From Sedimentisphaerales bacterium (GTDB taxonomy: Bacteria > Planctomycetota > Phycisphaerae > Sedimentisphaerales > SM23-30): 64,000 nt of DNA. The stretch lies in NCBI GenBank assembly GCA_963666285.1, contig OY762711.1; one strand, written 5' to 3'. Of the stretch, positions 9,912-19,313 are shown piece by piece. Position 1 is the first letter of the stretch; each line of letters starts with the position of its first letter. The translations under genes were made by a program, and so were the position numbers. Under the pieces are notes generated by a model that had not been told where the DNA came from, searched no databases, and worked only from the letters and a program-made list of their open reading frames with translations.

Positions 9912-11315
9912 ATGTCTATGCACACTATTTACCTGGCTTTAAAATATTTAACAAGAAGAAAAATAGCATTTTTTGCTATTTGCTCGGTTGGCCTTTGTGT
10001 GGCATTAATGATCATTATTACCAGTCTTTTTAATGGTTTTCTGGATAAATTTGAAGAATTCTGGCAATATGAATACGGGCAGATAATGCTAATATCCGAC
10101 AATGATGTGCCGGATATATCTGCCGCAGCTGATTATCTGGGTGAAATTCCTGAAGTGGAAAGCACCAGGATAAATATTACCAGCGGCGGCCTGCTTTTGC
10201 TTGGCAGAGGTAATGTAAAAATGGCAATTGTAAAGGGTATAGATCTTGAGAGAGAACTCCGGCAGGAGCATTTTAGAGACGGTCTGGTAATAGATGAATC
10301 CTGTACAAATGAATTTGAACTGTCTGATAAGCAGATCGATTTATCAGAAAAATGGCTGGAAAAGAAATTACGCCGTGAAATTACTGATGCCGATCGACCT
10401 GTAAACGTAGTTCCATGTATAATGAGCGTTGGCTTGCTCACTGAAGAAGATTCACAATCTGACGGGTATGATTACAGCAATATCAAACAAAAGTTAACCG
10501 ACTGGAAAAGCCCTGCTACACTTTTTAGCGGCTCTATCGATAGGGCCGAAGATGGAGTTACCCAGGTAAAACGAAATCAATATTATTGCTGGCCAATAAA
10601 TGCTGTAGAAGTCGGTTCATATCAAATCGACAAAAATACGTTATTTCTGCCCTACGATTATGTAATTAAAAATTTTAATGTATTGCCGCAAATTTTAATT
10701 ACCGGGAAAAAAGGAATTTCTGAGCCTGAACTTCAGGAAATTGTCAGCAATGCATGGATTAATTACCGACAAAATGTCTTAAAACTGCCAAGTAGAGATA
10801 TTTACAGGTTCAGATGCGTAATTTCAACAGAAGATCAATGGTTGCAAATGTTTATTGGTGAAATCCATAAACAATTGATGATTATGAAAGTAATTCTGGG
10901 TTTTGTCTGTCTCGTCGCCGGTGTTCTAATATTTGTAATACTGATGATGGTTGTTATAAACAAGAAAAGAGATATTGGTATAATTCGTGCATCAGGTGGT
11001 TCAAGATCTTCAGTTTCCGGATTATTTTTGAACTATGGTTTATCAATCGGTGTTTGCGGGACAATATTGGGATTAATCTTTGGTTTTATAATCGTTAACA
11101 AAATTGAAGTATTAGAAAATTGTCTATCAGCTATCCTTGGATATAATATATGGTCAGCTAAAAGTTACGCTTTCAGTAAAATACCAGATCAGGTTCATTT
11201 ACAAAGTCTTTGGTGGATAATATTATCCGGAATTTTGACTGCCGGTGCTGGAGCGGTTATTCCGGCCTATAAAGCGTCAAAGATTGAACCGGCTGAAAGT
11301 CTTCGATATGAATGA
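9912..11315 (+). CDS. LolC/E-family (MacB/FtsX-type) ABC transporter permease
   Basis: N-terminal TM segment followed by SLFNGF, large periplasmic domain, KKRDIGIIRASGGS, three C-terminal TMs and the PAYKASKIEPAESLRYE ending. Confidence 0.88.
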   Translation: MSMHTIYLALKYLTRRKIAFFAICSVGLCVALMIIITSLFNGFLDKFEEFWQYEYGQIMLISDNDVPDISAAADYLGEIPEVESTRINITSGGLLLLGRGNVKMAIVKGIDLERELRQEHFRDGLVIDESCTNEFELSDKQIDLSEKWLEKKLRREITDADRPVNVVPCIMSVGLLTEEDSQSDGYDYSNIKQKLTDWKSPATLFSGSIDRAEDGVTQVKRNQYYCWPINAVEVGSYQIDKNTLFLPYDYVIKNFNVLPQILITGKKGISEPELQEIVSNAWINYRQNVLKLPSRDIYRFRCVISTEDQWLQMFIGEIHKQLMIMKVILGFVCLVAGVLIFVILMMVVINKKRDIGIIRASGGSRSSVSGLFLNYGLSIGVCGTILGLIFGFIIVNKIEVLENCLSAILGYNIWSAKSYAFSKIPDQVHLQSLWWIILSGILTAGAGAVIPAYKASKIEPAESLRYE

Positions 11316-11317
11316 GC

Positions 11318-12535
11318 TTACTCTTTGATATCAGTAAGAAGCCGATTAATAATCGTATCTGCATCAATTCCTTCGCCTACAGCGGCAAAATTCAGAAAAA
11401 TCCTATGCCGCATTACAGGTAATGCGTATCTTCTTATGTCATCACAGCAAATATTATACTTGCCGTTTAGTACTGCGTGAGCTTTGGCAGCAAGGATTAA
11501 TGCCTGTCCTGCACGCGGTCCGCTGCCGTATCTTACCCATTTTTTTATAAACTCAGGGCAATCCTCATTTTGCGGACGAGTAGCCCTGGCAAGCCTTGCA
11601 GCAAAATTGGCGACATGTTCGCTAACCGGCACATTCCTGACCAGTTTTTGATAGCTGATTACAGAAGGAATATCGATAACAGGCGTTAAATCTTCCGGAT
11701 CTTCTCCAGTAGTAGATAGAAGGATTTGCCGTTCATGTTCGAGATTTGGGTAGTCGACCTTCACCAGGAATAAAAACCGGTCAAGTTGAGCTTCAGGAAG
11801 AGGATATGTGCCTTCCTGTTCTAACGGATTCTGGGTAGCCAGCACACAAAACGGGTTCGGAAGTGGGAATGACCGCCCTACCGAGGTTACGTGATGCTCC
11901 TGCATCGCTTCCAGCAGCGCTGCCTGGGTTTTGGGCGGAGTCCTGTTTATTTCGTCAGCCAGCAAAATATTGCAGAAAACGGGCCCTTTGTGGAAGATGA
12001 ACTTTCTTTTACCGGTTTGCGGGTCTTCTTCCAGGATATTAGTACCCGTAATATCGGTTGGCATCAGGTCAGGAGTAAACTGTATACGCTGGAATACCAG
12101 ATTCATAGTCTGGGACAAACAGTGAACCATTAAGGTTTTTGCAAGTCCCGGTACACCAAGCAGTAAGCAATGCCCACGAGCAAAGAAAGCGGTAATTATC
12201 TGATCGATTACCTCATCCTGCCCTACAATAATCTTGCTAATCTCTGAAATCATTTTCTGCTTAACAGCGGCCAGCTGTTTAACAGCCTGCACCGGGTCTC
12301 TAAGGATATCAAGCGAAGAATTGTCAGAATTATTAGTATTCTGCTTTTTCTGAGGTTGCATCTGGAGTAATTCTACCGGACTGTCGCCGGTAAACTGCCC
12401 CGCAACGAGGTTTTCAGGGCCAACGTTAAATTCAACTCCGCAAGGACATTTAACCAATTGACCTGTTTTTAGATTTGCAAGCTCATACAGATGGTTGCAT
12501 GCCAGGCATTTTATGATAATTTTTGATTCAGACAT
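11318..12535 (-). CDS. MoxR-family AAA+ ATPase with N-terminal zinc-ribbon extension
   Basis: GVPGLAKT, RIQFTPDLMPTDITG, LADEINRTPPKTQAALLEAMQE, ATQNPLEQEGTYPLPEAQLDRF; N-terminal CLAC...CPCG. Confidence 0.95.
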   Translation of the reverse strand: MSESKIIIKCLACNHLYELANLKTGQLVKCPCGVEFNVGPENLVAGQFTGDSPVELLQMQPQKKQNTNNSDNSSLDILRDPVQAVKQLAAVKQKMISEISKIIVGQDEVIDQIITAFFARGHCLLLGVPGLAKTLMVHCLSQTMNLVFQRIQFTPDLMPTDITGTNILEEDPQTGKRKFIFHKGPVFCNILLADEINRTPPKTQAALLEAMQEHHVTSVGRSFPLPNPFCVLATQNPLEQEGTYPLPEAQLDRFLFLVKVDYPNLEHERQILLSTTGEDPEDLTPVIDIPSVISYQKLVRNVPVSEHVANFAARLARATRPQNEDCPEFIKKWVRYGSGPRAGQALILAAKAHAVLNGKYNICCDDIRRYALPVMRHRIFLNFAAVGEGIDADTIINRLLTDIKE

Positions 12536-12572
12536 AACAGGCCTCGTTTAGAATAGAACAATCTCTTATCGA

Positions 12573-13340
12573 TCAAGCAGTTTTATCGTGTTTAAGTTTT
12601 TCTTTAAGAGGGCTTAAAATACTTTCAGTAATAATTTCAGCCTCTGTCATAATGCCGTCAATTCGATTTCGAAGAACCGATAAGAAGAATAAAGAAGGAA
12701 TAGCGACAACGAGTCCAAGGCAGGTTGTAACCAAAGCTTCGGATATAGCTCCGGCCAGCTGAGCCGAGCGTGAAGCCCCTTCCAAAGCGGCGATAAAGTT
12801 AAAAGCTGATATCATACCGGTTACGGTACCCAATAAGCCGAGCATCGGAGCGGAATTGGCAATAAAAGACAAATATTCCAATTTTCGATATAGAAATCCA
12901 GATTCGCGGCGGGCCGCTTCTTCAACGGCCTTTTCAATATCATAATATCCCATAATTGAATTACGTTGAGAAAGGCCAAAAGCTAAAACCCGGGTTAAGA
13001 AGTTGTCGTAATTATCGCAAATTTCTACAGCTTGCAGAAGCTCATCTTTGGCGATATGTTCGCGAATACTATCACTGAGATCTTCAGGCAATAATACAGA
13101 TTTTCTTATGGTTAGCATATGCTCGATAACCAAAGCAGCTGCACATACACTCATCCCGATAATTATATAGCCAATGATACCACCTTTTGCAATAGTCCCC
13201 CAAAGCGTAATTGTTTCAGAGGTTTCTGCAAGCACAAGGTCAGAACCGGGAGCATCTCCTGCCAGCAATATTGCAGAAGAAATAGCGATAATAAATGTAA
13301 TAATAACTAAACTGATATTTTTCATATATAGAACTCTCAA
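12573..13340 (-). CDS. MotA/TolQ/ExbB proton channel family protein
   Basis: APMLGLLGTVTGMISAF and AISEALVTTCLGLVVAIP signature helices. Likely start at 13325 (MKNISLV). Confidence 0.92.
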   Translation of the reverse strand: MRVLYMKNISLVIITFIIAISSAILLAGDAPGSDLVLAETSETITLWGTIAKGGIIGYIIIGMSVCAAALVIEHMLTIRKSVLLPEDLSDSIREHIAKDELLQAVEICDNYDNFLTRVLAFGLSQRNSIMGYYDIEKAVEEAARRESGFLYRKLEYLSFIANSAPMLGLLGTVTGMISAFNFIAALEGASRSAQLAGAISEALVTTCLGLVVAIPSLFFLSVLRNRIDGIMTEAEIITESILSPLKEKLKHDKTA

Positions 13341-14251
13341 TTACTTCCAATAGGAATAAACCTGTATTTACCACCATTCTGAGTTGCGATAGCTCGCAAT
13401 TGAACTTCTCCTTCATTGCTGCCAAAGGCTAAGGTGTGAATTTGTACACCTTTCTTATTTGCTTTTTTGATTGTTTCGACTGCTGTCTGATCAAACTGAC
13501 CATCAGAGAGCAACCATATTGAATCCGGTTTCAAAGATAAAGCTTTTAGCATAGCTTCTGTAGGATCGGTACCACCCTGCGGCCCGATACCCTGGGCCCA
13601 ATGCAGAAATCGAGACTTATTAGACCTGGAAGCACTTACAAGCGAAGATGCGTCCATTGTTATAAACTCAGAATCATAAAAGATTATATAGAATGTCATA
13701 TTTTCGCTAAGCGAATTTACAGACCGGCATAACTCATCAATAGCCGTAGAAAGCCTGATGCCTGCCATGCTTCCGGACCGGTCAATAACATAGACGAAAT
13801 TGGTGCCGCCAGCAGTTAAGCCAAAGAAACCGGCAGTACCGGATGTGTCGCTACCTGCAAGTGACTCGGCAAAAGAAGTAGAATCAGCAGGTGAAATGGC
13901 CTGCTCGATACTCTGGACCGGAAGAACAACATCAGTAGAATCGACAGTATCAACAATAATGTTTTCAGTTACTACCGGAGTGACAACAGTTGATACAACA
14001 GAAGAATTGGCCTGCTGTTCAGTAGGTTCAATAGAAGCAGTAACTGCCTGATCTGGTGTTTGTACGCCAAGCTGGACCTCAAAAGATTCCGGCTCGTTGC
14101 CTGAACCAGTGTTGTGCCGGTACAAGGTAATAAACATCAATAAGGCAATCAGGACCAAATGGACAGCAACAGAAATAGTCCAGCTAATAGCAGAAAACTC
14201 TACCTGGGTTGTGAGAAATTTTATCCTGCTTTCCTTTTTGGCCTGCTGCAA
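13337..14251 (-). CDS. Membrane-anchored VWA-domain protein with a TonB-like SxxxH transmembrane helix
   Basis: Single N-terminal TM (ISVAVHLVLIALL), Ser/Thr/Val-rich linker, and a C-terminal VWA domain with a complete MIDAS (DRSGS, GGT, LSDG). Confidence 0.85.
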   Translation of the reverse strand: MQQAKKESRIKFLTTQVEFSAISWTISVAVHLVLIALLMFITLYRHNTGSGNEPESFEVQLGVQTPDQAVTASIEPTEQQANSSVVSTVVTPVVTENIIVDTVDSTDVVLPVQSIEQAISPADSTSFAESLAGSDTSGTAGFFGLTAGGTNFVYVIDRSGSMAGIRLSTAIDELCRSVNSLSENMTFYIIFYDSEFITMDASSLVSASRSNKSRFLHWAQGIGPQGGTDPTEAMLKALSLKPDSIWLLSDGQFDQTAVETIKKANKKGVQIHTLAFGSNEGEVQLRAIATQNGGKYRFIPIGSN

Positions 14252-14356
14252 CAGCCCGCTCCATAACTACCTGACAAAAGGCAAAGAATAACAATAAAAA
14301 AGTTGAGGTACATAATCGAAACCAGTACCTCAACATTAAGTTTAGAAATAATAAAT

Positions 14357-15688
14357 TTAAGCTAATCGTTCGCAAATACTGTCAACTGTATCCAGCCCCA
14401 TCCAAAGCTCAAATAGCAAATCCTGGAAGGTGTTAGTCGCATTAATAGTACATGGAACATTAGCCGGTATAGCGTCACGCGTTTGAGCAGTAAATACACC
14501 TGCAACCGCCTCATCAAGGCCAGCGTTTTTCATGGCATCAAAGTTAAGAACATTTCCATGTACCGGAAGCAGTAAACCGCTACCAGCAATGATTTGCTGA
14601 TGACGGAGAATCAGCATATTGCGAATAACATCTTCGATAAGCTGATTTTCTTCCTGACTGCGTAAAGCGAGAATAATAAAACCACCGGTAATGCTTGAAC
14701 CAGTGCGAGCGCCAGGTAAACAAGCAACGCCAAATTCATCGCCAAGCGCCTGCCTGTATGGGTTCAAATAACCGATACCGTCAATTGCCATAGCACAACG
14801 ACCATCGGCAAATAAGTTGACCTGTCCTTCTTTGTCGAGTCTTGGGGTAACGTCATCTTTAAGAAGAGTATTGACATATTTCATAGCCGTTTTAATCTGC
14901 GGCATACACTCCTGGTTGATTTTGCCCATACCATCAAACAACTCACCGCCGAAGCAAGATACAAGTGATGCGAAGTGGCTAAATCTAGGACGAATCTGGA
15001 AGCCGTAAGATCCTTCAGAGCTACAAGCTTTAGCTATATCAGTAAGCTGATCCCAGTGCCATTCACCCATAGGAACATTGAAACCCTTTTCGCCTAGAAT
15101 TTTACGGTTATAATATAAAACCATCGGCGAGATACCGCATGGGATGCCAGACAGCTTGCCATTGACAGTGAATTTACTGCGAAGTTTATCCGGGATGTTT
15201 ACATCGTTTACAATAGAGGTAGAAAACGGTTTGAATAACTCAGGCTGATCCCAAACGCAACCAGCATATTCAAAATTGCAGACGAGTATATCAGCGCCAC
15301 TAGTGGTTCCAGTAGCTAACTGGTTCAGAGCGTCTTTTTCTCTCATGTCTACAAGATTGACCTGAGTGCGATGCGGCATTAATTGCTTTTGAGACAAAGT
15401 TCTAAATAACCCGGCAAGTTTTGAGCTGCTGCAAGCTATTCTCAAACTAGGAGTTACGTCTCTTTTGATTGTGACAATAGCACTGCGACGATCACGGCGA
15501 GTGATCAAGCCTTCCTGTTCGATATGCTGAAGTGCAGTTCTAACAGTTGCGCGAGAGGCGTCAAACTGAATAGCTATTTGTCTTTCTGAAGGTATTTTTT
15601 GACCAGGTTTCAATTCACCGTTTGAGATTTGACGACGAATATCTTCTGCTATCTTTCTATGTATAGGCATTGCCTTTGATTCTGACAT
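14357..15688 (-). CDS. GntR-family regulator fused to a sugar solute-binding-protein-like domain
   Basis: GntR HTH (LKPGQKIPSERQIAIQFDASRATVRTAL) followed by SBP family 1-like motifs (GKLSGIP..SPMVLYYNRKIL, WHWDQL, FADGRCAM). No signal peptide. Confidence 0.85.
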   Translation of the reverse strand: MSESKAMPIHRKIAEDIRRQISNGELKPGQKIPSERQIAIQFDASRATVRTALQHIEQEGLITRRDRRSAIVTIKRDVTPSLRIACSSSKLAGLFRTLSQKQLMPHRTQVNLVDMREKDALNQLATGTTSGADILVCNFEYAGCVWDQPELFKPFSTSIVNDVNIPDKLRSKFTVNGKLSGIPCGISPMVLYYNRKILGEKGFNVPMGEWHWDQLTDIAKACSSEGSYGFQIRPRFSHFASLVSCFGGELFDGMGKINQECMPQIKTAMKYVNTLLKDDVTPRLDKEGQVNLFADGRCAMAIDGIGYLNPYRQALGDEFGVACLPGARTGSSITGGFIILALRSQEENQLIEDVIRNMLILRHQQIIAGSGLLLPVHGNVLNFDAMKNAGLDEAVAGVFTAQTRDAIPANVPCTINATNTFQDLLFELWMGLDTVDSICERLA

Positions 15689-16528
15689 TATTGTGGTCTC
15701 CTTAGCGTTATGAATGTCCTTATCACTCAGTTTACATCCTTGTATTTATATCAGAAAGCCTCATAAGGGCCTACCTTTTATGATTTTAATTATATATATC
15801 CTAAAAGCAACTTAAAATTATATAAAAAGTGATATGCCGTTGCAAATAACATTATTATTAAATATTGCCTAGTTTTACATTATGGCGTAAATATCTATAT
15901 AAAATAGACTTAAGTGATTGTTATTTTGAAAACTATCATATTTATAATATAAAACCATGTTTTATGAGAGGCCATCCGGGTATTCAGGTGAGACAAGTAT
16001 AAGGATATGCATTGCTACGATTTGGAGATCAACTGCAATATTAAGTTTTTATAGAACGTTTTTATGTTAAAGACGAAGTTTTCGTCGTTGTTATGTTTTA
16101 TAGAGAGCTGATTTTTGTTGGTAATCATTTTTTGTCGGCTCTCTACTGTTGGATGGTATGTCAAAAGTGCGCTGATTTATTTGGTGCGAAGGTTGGCTTG
16201 GAAGTTTGTAAAGTGTTTGTAGTAAGCGGGATAAAAAATTTGGGGAAAGTTATATTTTCGCGATTTGGTTGATGTAAAAACGCGGTGATTTTTTCGAGAA
16301 AACCAGTAGTCAGGAATCGGGTTTCAGATGCCAGGGAAGGTTGCTCGCTACCGCTCGCGGGTGATTGATGGGTAACGGGAGGTGTGTGGAAAGGTAACGG
16401 GGGCATCGCGGCGGTGGGATGGCTGCGAAAAGGGGTACGGATTTAAACGGCGGTGAATTGCGGGCCGCGGGCAATATACGGCGAGACGTTGAATGGGTGC
16501 GGCGGTATGCGTACGGGAACGCGAACAT

Positions 16529-17690
16529 AGGTAAGAGGTAAAAGTGATAGGTAAAAGGTAAGAGTTGAGGTGTCTTGTACCGTACGGTACAGGACCTTAT
16601 TTTAAACGGCTACGCCGAACGACCGAAGGTCGTTAGAAATTAGAACAGGTGAGCAGCAGAACAGGGAAACAGCGGCGAGCGACCAGCAGTCAGCTAACAG
16701 AAAATACGTGCTGCGCACTCTGGCACATCATTGGACAAGTCCAACGATGTGAAGGAGTCGCTTACGCGACCTGTTTAAATAATGTGCCGAGATTGTGCTC
16801 ATCGTTCCCAGGAGTGAAGGAGTCGCTTCGCGAACTGTTTAAAACGGCTTCGGCGAGGCTAATTGAATTATAAATGATAATGGCGGGGTGAAAGATTGGT
16901 TAAAAAACGGAATGAAATTGAAGGGTATGGGGATGTTATAACGGGTGCGGGAATGATAACGGCGGGGAAGGGATTTTGCGGGTATTTACGTAAGTTGTTA
17001 TTTTGGGGAGTTGGGCGGACCAGATGCCGCAAAGCGGCATCAAAGTGTAAAGGGTAAAATAAAAAGCGTAAAGAAGGTTTGCAAAATATCATTTTAAATA
17101 TAGCACTGACTGACACGGACAAGCACAGACAAATACGGTAGGCAGAAAACAGCTGCGAGCGACCAGCAGTCAGCTAGAAATTTTAATCCCGATGTGTATC
17201 TGGATTTTGCTATGCTCAATAATTGTGATGGCTAAGCAGTCTACTCGTGGCGATGTTGGATTGGATGGAAATGATATTATTGTGGAGGAATATTTTGGTT
17301 GCTCGCAAAGGCCGCAAAGTTCGCAAAGTATCATTTTGAATATAAAACACTGACTGACACGGACAAGCACAGACAAACACGGTAGGCAACAGCAGCGAGC
17401 TATCAGCGGCCAGTGAAGAGGAAATACGTGCAACGCGAACGACCGAAGGTCGTTAAAGATTAGAGTAGATGAGCAGTAGAACAGGAGGAAGATAAATACG
17501 TGCTTCGCACTCTGGCACATCATTGGACAAGTCCAATGATGTGAAGGTATCGCCTAGCGGCGAGGATAATTTAAAATAATGGGTAGGTTTGTCCCCCCTA
17601 GTTGAAACCGGGGGGCTACCGGGTATCAGCAAACAGCGGAGAGGTACGCTAAATGAAAAATGAATAATTAAAAATGAAAAGTTATGGTGC
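16529..17690. repeat. Non-coding mosaic of duplicated hairpin modules and short tandem repeats
   Basis: AACGACCGAAGGTCGTT at 16618 and 17438; CACATCATTGGACAAGTCCAA(C/T)GATGTG at 16724 and 17516; a ~65-bp module at 17081 and 17323; an AACAGCnGCGAGC module at 16668, 17148 and 17388; GTGAAGGAGTCGCT at 16749 and 16814. No credible ORF. Confidence 0.85.
17592..17619 (-). repeat. GTAG-headed REP-like palindrome
   Basis: The minus strand reads GTAG-CCCCCC-GGTTTCAACTA-GGGGGG-A, a GTAG tetranucleotide followed by a GC hairpin, which is the layout of GTAG-family REPs. Confidence 0.55.
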
Positions 17691-18015
17691 CCTGGTGTAC
17701 GTTGACATCAGGAATAATTCGCTGGGGGGCACAACTTATTTTAAAGCTAAGGCATATGAATGTTTTTCACGAATTTGTTGATAAATGTATCAAGGATGAA
17801 AAAATGTAGATGAAAAGAGAGGAATAATTGGGGAAAGTGGTTTGGTATATAGGATGGAATAAGTGCGAAATGGGGGTTTGGGGTGTGTTTATGCCGGAGC
17901 TGCGGGAGACGGAGGAACGGTAACTTTGGGAGATGGGCGGGTGTATTTGGGGTAAGTATATGATATGGCGGGTTTTATGCTGGTTTGGAATGGTTAAGAA
18001 ATTGTTAGATCGGAC

Positions 18016-18044
18016 TTGACAAGGGGTAACTTGTTATCTATACT
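18016..18044 (+). promoter_or_regulatory. Sigma70-type promoter of tRNA-Glu
   Basis: TTGACA (18016-18021), 17-bp spacer, TATACT (18039-18044), 40 bp upstream of the tRNA. Confidence 0.8.
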
Positions 18045-18083
18045 GTTTAATCCTTGATTTGATCAAGGGCAAGAATACATTTT

Positions 18084-18156
18084 GCCCCCATCGTCTAGCG
18101 GCCTAGGATACATGGTTCTCATCCATGTGACAGGGGTTCGAGTCCCCTTGGGGGTG
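18084..18156 (+). tRNA. tRNA-Glu, anticodon CTC (CCA not encoded)
   Basis: Acceptor stem GCCCCCA/TGGGGGT, D-arm GTCTAGCGGCCTAGGA, anticodon arm CATGG-TTCTCAT-CCATG, T-arm AGGGG-TTCGAGT-CCCCT. Confidence 0.95.
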
Positions 18157-18676
18157 TTCGCTGTAAGTTGTTGTAATTGCAAGAGTTAGCAACGTTTTGC
18201 AAAGTCTCGCAATTACTATGACTTACAGCACTTTTTATGAAATGGTCAATATTTTCTTTCGAGTCATTACGAGCTAATTCAGCTACTTGCTGCGCTGTAT
18301 TTTGCGCTGCTTTTCGATAGTGATCTTCTGTAATTTGCAGATAATGCTTTTTAGCTATTTCCGGACTGTTTCCTATCCATTCTGTTACTACGTGAATTGG
18401 GAAGTCTTCAACTAATTCCGTCTCTCCACTAGAACGCAAATTCTGGAAAGTCTTTGGCCAAGGTGTTAGCCCCGCCCTTCTGATTATCCTGTGGGCTTGT
18501 GAACGTAAGTTCTGACTATTAGCATCATACTTGGTTATTACTCTGCTTTCGCCCTCAGGTGCAAGCTCAAAGGCTTCTTGAAAGTATGGCAATAGTTCAG
18601 TAAACAACGGAACAATACGAGATTCTTTGCCCTCTATATGTTCGGTTTTTGGGCTTTGAACAATAAACCGCCCTTT
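18119..18676 (-). pseudogene. C-terminal fragment of a tyrosine recombinase (integrase) at tRNA-Glu
   Basis: KGRFIVQSPKTEHIEG...WPKTFQNLR...WIGNSPEIAKKHY aligns closely with the integrase at 55668-56957. The N-terminal half, including the first catalytic Arg, is missing. Confidence 0.88.
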
Positions 18677-18943
18677 AAGTAGTGTAATGAAATTGTCCTG
18701 TTCAACTTTGTAGATTAGTCGTTGCCATCCATCAGTAATTTGGTTGGCATATCCTTCGCGTTTAGGTAATTCTTCAAGAGAAGAGGGGAACTTGTGATGT
18801 TCCTTAAGGTATATATGCATTCTTACAAAACTTTCAACAATGGTTGATTTTCTCTGCATCAGGAGGAATAACGCAAACAAGCGATTATGACAACCAAATA
18901 CTAAGCCTATAATGCTCAATAATAAGACCAAATTGTTTTTCAT
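18677..18943 (-). pseudogene. Remnant of an unrelated small exported protein fused in frame to the integrase fragment
   Basis: Signal-like N-terminus and FPSSLEELP...ITDGWQRLIY (resembles the GspG-like 'P.sL..L...D.Wg.p..Y' pattern), with an abrupt junction into integrase sequence. Confidence 0.45.
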
Positions 18944-18956
18944 TTATATGATCCTT

Positions 18957-19313
18957 CTATTGCATTCCATTAGCGTCGGTTTCGGGAACTAAGTTACTCT
19001 TTTTCTTCAACTGCCATAGAAAAGTAGTTCCTGTGAATAATAATGGGCAGAGTGATGATGCTAATGAATTCACAATCCATGCAGCCCCCATTTCATCCTG
19101 AACAGATTGACTGAAAAAGGACTCAAGAAAAGCTTCGTGGTATGATGCATATAATAAAAACAGGGAAATAATTCCTCCGATAACAAACATTATTAAAGCA
19201 ATTTTTTGATGAATTATACCGAGTACGCTCATGATCACACTATAAATAATCATAGCACTCCACATTTGTAGAGTTGTCGGCATCTTATCTGCAATTTCAG
19301 CAAGAAATATCAT
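18957..19313 (-). CDS. Hypothetical membrane protein (about 3 TM segments)
   Basis: 118-aa hydrophobic ORF with an AAGGA RBS upstream. Confidence 0.6.
   Translation of the reverse strand: MIFLAEIADKMPTTLQMWSAMIIYSVIMSVLGIIHQKIALIMFVIGGIISLFLLYASYHEAFLESFFSQSVQDEMGAAWIVNSLASSLCPLLFTGTTFLWQLKKKSNLVPETDANGMQ

Noticed and set aside
16161..17523. ORF-track ORFs in the repeat mosaic (16161-16406, 16310-16528, 16649-16873, 16868-17122, 17170-17523)
   Set aside because: No RBS or family motifs, and composition simply reflects the repeats and purine bias; treated as spurious.
16600..17565. Possible CRISPR array
   Set aside because: Repeats differ in type and spacing, there are at most 2-3 copies of each, no unique equal-length spacers, and no cas genes.
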